This document shows, one piece after another, positions 28,671 through 36,512 of a stretch of DNA of 64,000 nucleotides. Under the pieces are notes generated by a model. That model did not search any database and was not told the origin of the DNA. It saw only the letters and a list, made by a program, of their open reading frames with translations. The position numbers and the translations under genes were made by a program. Position 1 is the first letter of the stretch, and the number at the start of each line of letters is the position of its first letter. This DNA is from Acidimicrobiia bacterium (GTDB lineage Bacteria > Actinomycetota > Acidimicrobiia > Spongiisociales > JAENVV01), in NCBI GenBank assembly GCA_041577335.1, contig JBFGJH010000007.1:1-64000 (forward strand). Direction: 5' to 3'.

Positions 28671-28688
28671 GGTGTGGGTTTCCGCACC
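28671..28688. promoter_or_regulatory. operator copy 2, bidirectional
   Basis: GGTGTGG-GTTT-CCGCACC between the divergent cNMP-binding and cyclase genes. Confidence 0.7.
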
Positions 28689-28744
28689 CCGATTGGGCGG
28701 GCGTCACCCTGGTGGCGCCCGGCGGGAGCTCGCACAATGAGGTC

Positions 28745-30049
28745 ATGGCGATCTCTGTGTTTCTGGCCGACGACAACCTGCTGGTCCGCACCGGCGTCCA
28801 GACGCTGATGGAGCTGGCCGGCGACCTCGAGGTGGTTGGCGTAGCGGCGGACTACGCCGGGCTCGTCGATGGGGCGGTCGCCCACCAACCGCAGGTGGTG
28901 GTGACCGACATTCGCATGCCGCCCGACTTCCGCCGGGAGGGCATCGAAGCGGCCAAGCTGGTCCGTAAGCGCCACCCCGGCACGGGCGTGGTGATCCTGT
29001 CGCAGTACGACGACCCGGAGTACGCCGTTGCTCTGCTCTCGGACGGAGCGGCCGGATACGCGTATCTTTTGAAGGACCGGGTGGCCGAGGGTGACCAACT
29101 GGTGCGGGCCGTCCGAGAGGTGGCCACCGGCGGATCGATGCTCGATCCGATGATCGTGGAGGCGTTGACGCGGCCGGTGTCATCGGACGGGCTGCTGGAC
29201 GACGGGGAGGAACGGTTGCTGGACATGGTGGCCGAAGGAACTCCGATCAAGGCGATCGCGCTCGCCCTCGACACCACGCCCGCCGACGTCGACAGCCGGA
29301 TCGAGTCGTTGTTCGTCAAGCTGGCCGATGGTCTCAGCGGCGGCCACCAGGAAGCACTGGACCGGCTGCGGACGCTGCAGCGAGCCATAGCCGACCGAGA
29401 AGAACAAGGCGAAGAGCTTTCCCGACTGCTGCCCGGCGGCGTGGCCGACAAGCTCCGGCGCGAGGGGCGGCGCATCGGCGAGACCGAGGAACTCGACGTC
29501 ACGGTGCTCATGTCCGACATCCGCAGCTACTCGACCATCGCCGAGCGATCCGACCCATCCACCCTCGCCGGCCAGCTCAACCTCCACCGCGCCGAGATGA
29601 ACCGGGCGATTCTCGCCGAGGGCGGCACGGTGATGCAGTTCGTCGGCGACGCCGTGATGGCGGTGTTCGGCGCCCCCGACCCGATGCCCGACCACGCCCA
29701 ACGGGCGGTGTGCGCCGCCGACGCCATGCACGAGGCGCAAGCGCGGGTGAACGACGCCTGGACCGCACAGGGGCTGGAACCGTTTGGCCTGGGCATCGGC
29801 ATCTCGACCGGCACGGTCGCCGCCGCCCTCTTGGGGTCCGAGGAGCGGGTCGAATACTCCGTCGTCGGCGACACTGTCAACCTCACCCAGCGTCTCCAGC
29901 AGTGGGGCGAACCGGGAGAGACGGTGCTGAGCGAAGCGACCTATGCGGCGCTGGCAGCTCCGCCGCCATGCGACGTGATCGAACCGGCGTTGGTGAAAGG
30001 TCGCGAGAAGCCGGTTGCGGCACATCGCTACCCGAGGAGATCGCCATGA
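28745..30049 (+). CDS. response regulator receiver + degenerate LuxR HTH + class III nucleotidyl cyclase
   Basis: REC: LADD, TDIRMPP, LSQY, LLKD. Cyclase: MSDIRSYST, QFVGDAVMAVFG, GIGISTG, YSVVGDTVNLTQRLQ, VKGR. Confidence 0.9.
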   Translation: MAISVFLADDNLLVRTGVQTLMELAGDLEVVGVAADYAGLVDGAVAHQPQVVVTDIRMPPDFRREGIEAAKLVRKRHPGTGVVILSQYDDPEYAVALLSDGAAGYAYLLKDRVAEGDQLVRAVREVATGGSMLDPMIVEALTRPVSSDGLLDDGEERLLDMVAEGTPIKAIALALDTTPADVDSRIESLFVKLADGLSGGHQEALDRLRTLQRAIADREEQGEELSRLLPGGVADKLRREGRRIGETEELDVTVLMSDIRSYSTIAERSDPSTLAGQLNLHRAEMNRAILAEGGTVMQFVGDAVMAVFGAPDPMPDHAQRAVCAADAMHEAQARVNDAWTAQGLEPFGLGIGISTGTVAAALLGSEERVEYSVVGDTVNLTQRLQQWGEPGETVLSEATYAALAAPPPCDVIEPALVKGREKPVAAHRYPRRSP

Positions 30050-32082
30050 CCGACTCGGCTGTTCGTGCCACGATCCGGACGGTCGTCTTCACCTCGGTCG
30101 TCCTCGTCGTCGGGGCTTTCACGACCATGGTATGGAGACACGGCGCCGGCCGGCTGGCCGAGAGCGACGTGCCCACCGCCTTCGTGATCGTCATCGGACT
30201 CGGCGCCGTGGTGTGGGTGGCATCCGGCCAGCAGCCCCGCAACCGGCTGGTGTGGGTACTCACCGCGTTCGTCGCCTCGGTTGCCTGGTTCGCGGCGGCG
30301 ACGGCCATACGAACCATCCTCGCCCCGGAGCTCCCGTTTCGCCTCACCGTGGAGTCCGGCGCCCCGGCCGAGCTACCACGCGCGGCGGCGTGGCTGGAGT
30401 ACGCCGCCCTTCCCCTCTCGAGCTCCGCCTCGCTTCTGCTCATCACGTTCGGGTTGATGCTGTTCCCCGACGGCACACTCCCTTCGAAGCGCTGGCGGCC
30501 GGTGGGCATCGCCGCCGGTGCGGTGCTCGCCATCGGGCTCGTCCGCAACCTCATCATTTGGCACCCCGACAGCACCTACGTCATCGCGGAGCATCCCTTG
30601 TTCCATCTCCTCAGTCCGGTCGACATCGGATTGCCGTTGGTGGCACTGGCTGCGGTCGTCGTCAGATTCAGGCGGTCCGAGGGCGACGAGCGGGCGCGGT
30701 TCAAGTGGGTGGTGTGGGGTCTCGGTGTCTTTGTGCCGCTGACGCTGGTGGGGTGGATGTCGGGGATCACCGTCATCGCCGCCCTCGCCAACTTCGTCTT
30801 GATCGGAACCTATGGCATCGCCATCACCCGCCATCACCTGTTCGACGTCGATGTGGTGATCTCGAAGACGCTGGTGTATGCGGCGCTGGCCGGGTTCATC
30901 GGATTGGTCTACGTGGCCATCGTGGTGGGCGTCGGAGCGTGGGTCGGTACCGGGTCGGAACCGAACCCGGTGCTGGCGGTGGGGGCAACGGCGCTGGTGG
31001 CGGTGGCGTTCCAGCCGGTCCGCCGCCGCCTGGAACGGGTCGCCAACCGGGTGGTGTTCGGCCGGCGAGCCACCCCCTACGAGGTGCTGTCGGAGTTCTC
31101 GCGGCGGGTGGCCGCCACCGGCGGCTCGCTACTCGACGACGCCGCCCGTTGGCTGGCCGAAGGGACGGCGGCGACCCGGGTAGTGGTGTCGCTGCGAATC
31201 GACGGGAAGTCGCGGGAAGCGGCCTCCTGGCCGTCCGCTTCGAACGGGGCGCCTGCCGAGCCGGTGCGGCTGCCCATCGCCGACGGCGGCGTCACGTTGG
31301 GCACCCTCGACCTGTATCTCCCGCCCAACCAGCCGCTCAACGACGAGGATCGGCGTTTGGCCGAGCAGGTGGCGTCGGGCATGGGACTGGCGGTGCGCAA
31401 CCAACTGCTCACCGAGCGGCTCGAAGCGCGGGTGCAGGCCCTGCGAGAATCCCGCCGCCGGCTGGTGGCCGTGCAAGACGAAACCCGGAGACGCCTCGAA
31501 AGGGATCTCCACGACGGCGCCCAACAACAACTCGTGGCGCTGAAAGTGAAGCTCGGGTTGAGCCGGACCATTGCCGACCAAGCCGGCGCCACCCACACCG
31601 CCGACCTGCTGGAGCGGTTGGCCGCCGAAGCCGACGAAGCCGTCGACGCCATGCGCGAATTCGCCCGCGGCGTCTACCCCCCGCTCCTGGAAGCCGAAGG
31701 CCTGACAGCGGCCATCGCCGCCCAAGCCCGACGAGCGCCGCTGCCGGTGGCGGTGAACTCCGATGGCATGGACCGCTACTCCCGCGACGTCGAGGCCACC
31801 GTCTACTTCTGTGTGCTGGAGGCATTGCGCAACACCATCCAACACGCCGGAGCCTCCTCCGCCGCGGTCACCCTTGGCCAAGACAACGGGACCCTCGAGT
31901 TCCGGATCAGCGACGACGGAACCGGCTTCGACCCGACCTCGACCAGCCGCTCCGGACTGATCACCATGACCGACCGGGTCGATGCCCTTGCCGGCCACCT
32001 CACCGTCGCCAGCAGCCCCGCCACGGGCACCACCATCACCGGGACCCTGCCCGTCGATGTTCCCGTGGAGGTGCCGTCGTGA
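30046..32082 (+). CDS. membrane sensor histidine kinase (HisKA_3 type, multi-TM + GAF-like)
   Basis: About nine TM segments, H-box ERDLHDGAQQ, YPPLL, EALRN, DDGTGF; ATGA-coupled to the cyclase gene. Confidence 0.9.
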   Translation: MTDSAVRATIRTVVFTSVVLVVGAFTTMVWRHGAGRLAESDVPTAFVIVIGLGAVVWVASGQQPRNRLVWVLTAFVASVAWFAAATAIRTILAPELPFRLTVESGAPAELPRAAAWLEYAALPLSSSASLLLITFGLMLFPDGTLPSKRWRPVGIAAGAVLAIGLVRNLIIWHPDSTYVIAEHPLFHLLSPVDIGLPLVALAAVVVRFRRSEGDERARFKWVVWGLGVFVPLTLVGWMSGITVIAALANFVLIGTYGIAITRHHLFDVDVVISKTLVYAALAGFIGLVYVAIVVGVGAWVGTGSEPNPVLAVGATALVAVAFQPVRRRLERVANRVVFGRRATPYEVLSEFSRRVAATGGSLLDDAARWLAEGTAATRVVVSLRIDGKSREAASWPSASNGAPAEPVRLPIADGGVTLGTLDLYLPPNQPLNDEDRRLAEQVASGMGLAVRNQLLTERLEARVQALRESRRRLVAVQDETRRRLERDLHDGAQQQLVALKVKLGLSRTIADQAGATHTADLLERLAAEADEAVDAMREFARGVYPPLLEAEGLTAAIAAQARRAPLPVAVNSDGMDRYSRDVEATVYFCVLEALRNTIQHAGASSAAVTLGQDNGTLEFRISDDGTGFDPTSTSRSGLITMTDRVDALAGHLTVASSPATGTTITGTLPVDVPVEVPS

Positions 32083-34184
32083 TCTCCCTCTCCGACCCGA
32101 CCCGTCGCATATTCGGATACCTCATCCTGGCCGGGGCCGTGACGGCGGTCGCCGTCAACGTCTGGACGTCGGTCGCCATGGGCGTCACCGACGACGTGCC
32201 CACGCAGATCGTGCTGGGCACGGTCTTCGGTGTCGTCGGCTGGGTGCTCGTTCGGTCCCAACCCGGCAACAACGCCGTGTGGGCGCTGCTGTGGGGAGCG
32301 CTGTGCGGGGCGTGGAGCGCGGCGCTGGAGACGTTGGCGGTGCGTCGCACCGGGTTCACTCTCGAGGAGATCGCCGACGGGGCGCTGCCGGTGGCGCCGG
32401 CCGCCCTCGACGGGGCCACGGCAATGTTGATCAACCTCAGCAACTGGCTGTGGCTCGGGTACTTCGCAATTCCCATTCACCTGGTGTTGCTGTTCCCGAC
32501 GGGGCGAGCGAGCTCGTTGCGTTGGAGAAGGGTCATGTGGGCGGCGTTCGGAGTGATGGTCGTGTCGGCGTTGGTCGGATTTGTCACATTGGGGCCGTGG
32601 GTCACCCGGCCGTACGACGAGATCTTCAGCTCGCAGATGCTTGGTGCGGTGGGCATGGCAAACCTGCTGCTCCTGCTTGCGGTTCCTGCCTCCCTGGCCA
32701 ATCTCGTCGTGCGGTTCCGCCGCAGCTCGGGCGTGGAACGACTCCAGTTCCGGTGGCTCACCTTATCGGTGGCCGTTCTGGCGTTCTCACTCTTGATCGG
32801 CCTCGCGCTCGACCCGCTGGGGCTGGCGAATATGGCTCCCGGACTGCAGAGCCTGATCTCCACCATCGGCCTGGCAGGGGTTCCGGTCTCCATCGGCATC
32901 GCCATCACCCGGTACCGGCTCTACGACATCGACCTCGTGATCAGCCGGACGCTGGTGTTCGGCGTGCTGGTGGGCTTCATCACCGTGGTCTACGCCGCCC
33001 TGGTGGTCGGGGTCGGGTCGCTGGTGGGCGGTTCGAGCCTGGGCTGGTCGATTGCGGCCACGGCGGTGGTGGCGGTGGTGTTCGAGCCGGTGCGCAACCG
33101 GGTGCAGCGGTGGATCAACCGGCTCGTCTACGGCCGGCGGGCCACCCCTTACGAGGTGCTGTCCGACCTGACCGGACGGCTGGCCGCCACTGAGCGAGAA
33201 GAGGGCCTGTTGGAGCGGATGGCGTCGCAGATCGCCAAGGGCACCGGCGCCCAGTTGGCCACCGTGTGGGTGGCCGACGACACCGGGCTGCGGGCCGTGG
33301 CCTCGGAACCGGCCGAGCATCTGCCCACGTCGGTGGTCGACGGGGTCGATGATCTGCCGGGAACGGTGATTCCGGTCCGGTCGGACGAAACCGTACTCGG
33401 CGCGTTCGCGGTGGAGGCCCGTCGCGGCGACGACCTCACGCCTATCGAACGACGCCTGGTGGAGGATCTGGCCGGTTCGGCGAGCCTGGTGATGCAACGG
33501 CTCCGGCTGGATCAGGCGCTGGAACAGAAAGCAGCCGAGCTGGCCGAGTCGCGGCGCCGGCTGCTCGACGCCCAGGACGTGGAACGACGGCGCCTCGAAC
33601 GCGAGCTCAACGAGGAGGTCAGGCAGCGGGTGGTGGCGTTGAAGCTCGAGCTGGGCATGGCCGCCCGGCAGGCCGAACGGGAGGGAGCCGGCCAGGCGGA
33701 GGCACTGGTGACGCAGATGGCCACCGAAGCTCAAGACGCCATCGACCAGATCCAGGCCCTGGCCCACGGCATCTACCCGCCGCTCCTGGAGGCTGAAGGT
33801 CTGGGCCCGGCGGTCCGGGCGCTGGCGGCCGTCGCCCCCGGCGGCGTGGAGGTGGAGTCGCACCTGGCGGCCCGTCATCCCCTGACCATCGAGGGCGCCG
33901 TCTACATGTGCATCTCGGAGGCGCTCACCAATGCGGTCAAGCACGGCCGGGGCCCCATCCGAGTCGAGCTGTCCGACGTGTCCGGCGACCTGGTGTTTCG
34001 GGTGTCCGATGCGGGGCCCGGCTTCGACTCGGCCACCGTCGCACGGGGGTCCGGCCTCGGCAACATGGCCGATCGACTCGACGCCCTCGGCGGCTCGGTG
34101 ACGATCAGCTCGCGTCCCGGCTCGCCCACAGTGGTGGAGGGGGTCGTGGCGGTGGCGGCGGAGCTGGCGTCGCAGCCGGCTTGA
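32079..34184 (+). CDS. paralogous membrane histidine kinase lacking the phospho-acceptor His
   Basis: Same architecture; H-box reads ERELNEEVRQ; intact EALTNAVKH, DAGPGF, GSGLGNM; GTGA-coupled. Confidence 0.85.
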   Translation: MISLSDPTRRIFGYLILAGAVTAVAVNVWTSVAMGVTDDVPTQIVLGTVFGVVGWVLVRSQPGNNAVWALLWGALCGAWSAALETLAVRRTGFTLEEIADGALPVAPAALDGATAMLINLSNWLWLGYFAIPIHLVLLFPTGRASSLRWRRVMWAAFGVMVVSALVGFVTLGPWVTRPYDEIFSSQMLGAVGMANLLLLLAVPASLANLVVRFRRSSGVERLQFRWLTLSVAVLAFSLLIGLALDPLGLANMAPGLQSLISTIGLAGVPVSIGIAITRYRLYDIDLVISRTLVFGVLVGFITVVYAALVVGVGSLVGGSSLGWSIAATAVVAVVFEPVRNRVQRWINRLVYGRRATPYEVLSDLTGRLAATEREEGLLERMASQIAKGTGAQLATVWVADDTGLRAVASEPAEHLPTSVVDGVDDLPGTVIPVRSDETVLGAFAVEARRGDDLTPIERRLVEDLAGSASLVMQRLRLDQALEQKAAELAESRRRLLDAQDVERRRLERELNEEVRQRVVALKLELGMAARQAEREGAGQAEALVTQMATEAQDAIDQIQALAHGIYPPLLEAEGLGPAVRALAAVAPGGVEVESHLAARHPLTIEGAVYMCISEALTNAVKHGRGPIRVELSDVSGDLVFRVSDAGPGFDSATVARGSGLGNMADRLDALGGSVTISSRPGSPTVVEGVVAVAAELASQPA

Positions 34185-34289
34185 TCAGCTCTCGCCCTCC
34201 CGCCAACGGCGGCCGCCGGGTGAGGACCAGAATCGGCCGTGGAGATGAACCCGACGGCTCCCGCCGTGAGCGCCCGGACCGGGGGAACG

Positions 34290-34327
34290 AAAAAAGAGAG
34301 GGGGAGGGCAATCCTGCCCTCCCCCTC
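34290..34327 (-). terminator. intrinsic terminator
   Basis: 13-bp perfect stem GAGGGGGAGGGCA/TGCCCTCCCCCTC followed by a U-tract on the minus strand. Confidence 0.85.
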
Positions 34328-34339
34328 CGTCTTCTGCGC

Positions 34340-34702
34340 CTAGAGGCCGAAGGCAGCGAGTAGCGACTCGCAGTCCGTCCACGACACCGGCTCGTCGAAG
34401 GGCGCCGGGAACGGCGCCACCGGCACGACGAACGAGTTGTTCTGCGACAGTGCGTTTCCGGCCTGTCCGAAGTGCATGTGCACATGGTGGGCGTGGATCG
34501 GCAGCGCCTGGTTGTTGGCCAGGTCCACGCACTTCCGCACGGAGATCGGGACTTGACCGGTCTCGTCGAGCACGACGCCGAGCACGAGGACGTGACCATG
34601 CTCGGCGAACGGGCTGTCGTGGTCGGGCGTTCCCGCCGCCGGGATGGCCGTGAGCGCCACCAGCAGACCGAATGACACCAGCATGCCCATCAATCGATTC
34701 AT
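34340..34702 (-). CDS. small secreted His-rich protein
   Basis: Signal peptide MNRLMGMLVSFGLLVALTAIPAAG, HGH and HAHHVHMH motifs, two Cys; GGAG RBS; own terminator. Confidence 0.7.
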   Translation of the reverse strand: MNRLMGMLVSFGLLVALTAIPAAGTPDHDSPFAEHGHVLVLGVVLDETGQVPISVRKCVDLANNQALPIHAHHVHMHFGQAGNALSQNNSFVVPVAPFPAPFDEPVSWTDCESLLAAFGL

Positions 34703-34846
34703 GTCGAAACTCCTCCCTGACCGCCACGCGGTCCCCTCGTCTACAGGCGAAATGGTTTCCGCCTCTGCCGGGCGTTCGACTTGCCCGCATGAGTTCACTG
34801 TTCGTGATCGTGCGTGTTCTCGGTATGGTGCTGGCCGAATTTCCCG

Positions 34847-34864
34847 GGTGAGGATTTCCACACG
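34847..34864. promoter_or_regulatory. operator copy 3
   Basis: GGTGAGG-ATTT-CCACACG upstream of the His-rich gene. Confidence 0.68.
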
Positions 34865-34914
34865 TCTGAACGACGAGCCGTCGCGGCGCCGCGAACATGC
34901 AGGACGTTGCCGGC

Positions 34915-35295
34915 TCAGCTTCGTCCGGACCAGGCCGCCGCCAGCGCCCCCGGACCGAAGTCGGACTTGGAGATGAAGGCGATGGCTCCGGATTGGCGGG
35001 CCCGTTCGGCGAACTCCCCCGCTTCGTAGGTGGAGAGGACGACGACGCGGGCGTCGGGGTCGTCGGCCAGGATCCGGCGGGTGGCTTCCAGTCCGTCCAT
35101 GCCCGGCATCTTGATGTCCATCAGCACGAGGTCCGGAGCGAGGTCGGTGAACATCGCCATGCCGTCGGTGGCGTTGCCGGCTTCGCCGGCCACCTCGAAG
35201 CCTTCGGTAAGTTCGATGACCAGGCGGGCGGCGGACCGGAAGGGCTCCTGATCGTCCACGATGAGAACACGCACGGTTTGAGTCATGACTGCCAC
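34915..35295 (-). CDS. single-domain response regulator (receiver only)
   Basis: LIVDD, LMDIKMPGMDG, LST, FISK; no output domain. Confidence 0.9.
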   Translation of the reverse strand: MAVMTQTVRVLIVDDQEPFRSAARLVIELTEGFEVAGEAGNATDGMAMFTDLAPDLVLMDIKMPGMDGLEATRRILADDPDARVVVLSTYEAGEFAERARQSGAIAFISKSDFGPGALAAAWSGRS

Positions 35296-35351
35296 CTGTT
35301 CATCATCGGCTTGTGACCCTCAAGGCACCAGGGGGCAGGCAGGCATTGCCG

Positions 35352-35369
35352 GGTGTGGTTTTCCACACC
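35352..35369. promoter_or_regulatory. operator copy 4 (perfect palindrome)
   Basis: GGTGTGG-TTTT-CCACACC upstream of the receiver-only gene. Confidence 0.72.
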
Positions 35370-35371
35370 TG

Positions 35372-36037
35372 TCATCCGGTGGTCTCGGCGAGGAAGAGGA
35401 GGACAGCGCGCACCCGCCGGTTGGTCTCCTGCTCGGGCAGCAGATCGAGCTTCGTGAAGATCGAGTTGATGTGTTTCTCGACCGCCCGCTCCGACAGGTA
35501 CAGCGCTTCGGCGATGGCCCGGTTCGATTTACCGCCGGCTAGTTCCTCCATGACCTCGCGCTCGCGTGGCGTGAGCCGGTCGACCTTGGAGTTCTGACGT
35601 TTGATGCGGCCCTCCACCAACGCGTCCACGACCTTGGGGTCGATCTTGGACTCGCCGGCGGCTACCAGCTCGACGGCGTCGGCGAGCACGCCGGCGTCGC
35701 CGACTCGTTCTTTGAGGAGATAGGCGATGCCGGCGCTGCCGTCTTCGAGGAGGTGGAGGGCGTAGTCCGGTTCGACGTACTGGCTGAGCACCACCACCCC
35801 GATGTCTGGGTGTTCCGCCCGGACCTGGCGGGCGGCGCGGATTCCCTCGTCGGTGCGGGTGGGCGGCATCCGGATGTCGGTGACCACCACCTCGGGCACG
35901 TGTTCTGCCACGGCGGCGAGCAGCTCGTCGTGGTCCTCGGCGAGCGCCACCACCTCGTAGCCCTCCTGCTCGAGGACGAGACGAACCCCCTCACGGATGA
36001 TGAAGGCGTCGTCGGCGAGTACGACTCGGCGTGACAT
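35372..36037 (-). CDS. NarL/LuxR-family DNA-binding response regulator
   Basis: LADD, TDIRMPP, LLKE, LTPREREV...GKSNRAIA..L.LSERAVEKHINSIFTKL. Confidence 0.95.
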   Translation of the reverse strand: MSRRVVLADDAFIIREGVRLVLEQEGYEVVALAEDHDELLAAVAEHVPEVVVTDIRMPPTRTDEGIRAARQVRAEHPDIGVVVLSQYVEPDYALHLLEDGSAGIAYLLKERVGDAGVLADAVELVAAGESKIDPKVVDALVEGRIKRQNSKVDRLTPREREVMEELAGGKSNRAIAEALYLSERAVEKHINSIFTKLDLLPEQETNRRVRAVLLFLAETTG

Positions 36038-36101
36038 CTGGTGACGATACCTCGTGAAGGTGCCGCGTCAGTGGTCAGCCGGCCACACGTGACGCGGCGC
36101 C

Positions 36102-36512
36102 TCAGCCGCCGCATTCGGCGGCGACGAACGCCACAACGCGCTCGTTGGCCGGGATATCAACGAGGCTCTCCCACTCCGACTGGATCACGTCGAAGGCCGA
36201 AACCGGGTCGAGGCCGGCTTCGAACGCCTCATTGAAACGAAACTCGAGCCGTTGCCAGCTGCCGATGCCGGCGTCGACCGACGGGGCGAGATGGTCGGGA
36301 GAGAGGCGAGCGGCTTCGGTGTAGATGTCCTGGGCACGCTGTGTGGTGGCAATGATCTCAGCCGGCGTCATGTCGACGTCGAACAGGAGCTCTTCTTGCG
36401 CCGAGTCGAGGTATTCGCAGAACGCCGCCGCATCGGACTCTCCGGCGCCGCAGGCAACCAGGAGAATCGCCGAGGCAGCGAGCGCAAGGACCCGCGACTG
36501 GCGAATGGCTAT
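36102..36512 (-). CDS. lipoprotein of unknown function (probable non-canonical start)
   Basis: The frame of the 89-aa ORF extends upstream to IAIRQSRVLALAASAILLVAC-GAG, a complete lipoprotein signal peptide; Cys near each end (FCEY, AECGG). Confidence 0.6.
   Translation of the reverse strand: MAIRQSRVLALAASAILLVACGAGESDAAAFCEYLDSAQEELLFDVDMTPAEIIATTQRAQDIYTEAARLSPDHLAPSVDAGIGSWQRLEFRFNEAFEAGLDPVSAFDVIQSEWESLVDIPANERVVAFVAAECGG

Noticed and set aside
26797..30049. Pycsar anti-phage system (cyclase plus cNMP-binding effector)
   Set aside because: The cyclase is receiver-fused and coupled to sensor kinases, the CNB protein has no TM or TIR effector, the genes are divergent, and a likely phosphodiesterase is included. 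This fits signalling better, though pyrimidine specificity is untested.
30015..32078. 1389-aa ORF 30015..34184 as one giant protein
   Set aside because: The first ~690 codons are an Arg/Gly-rich off-frame shadow of HK1; the real gene starts at GTG 32079, overlapping the HK1 stop.
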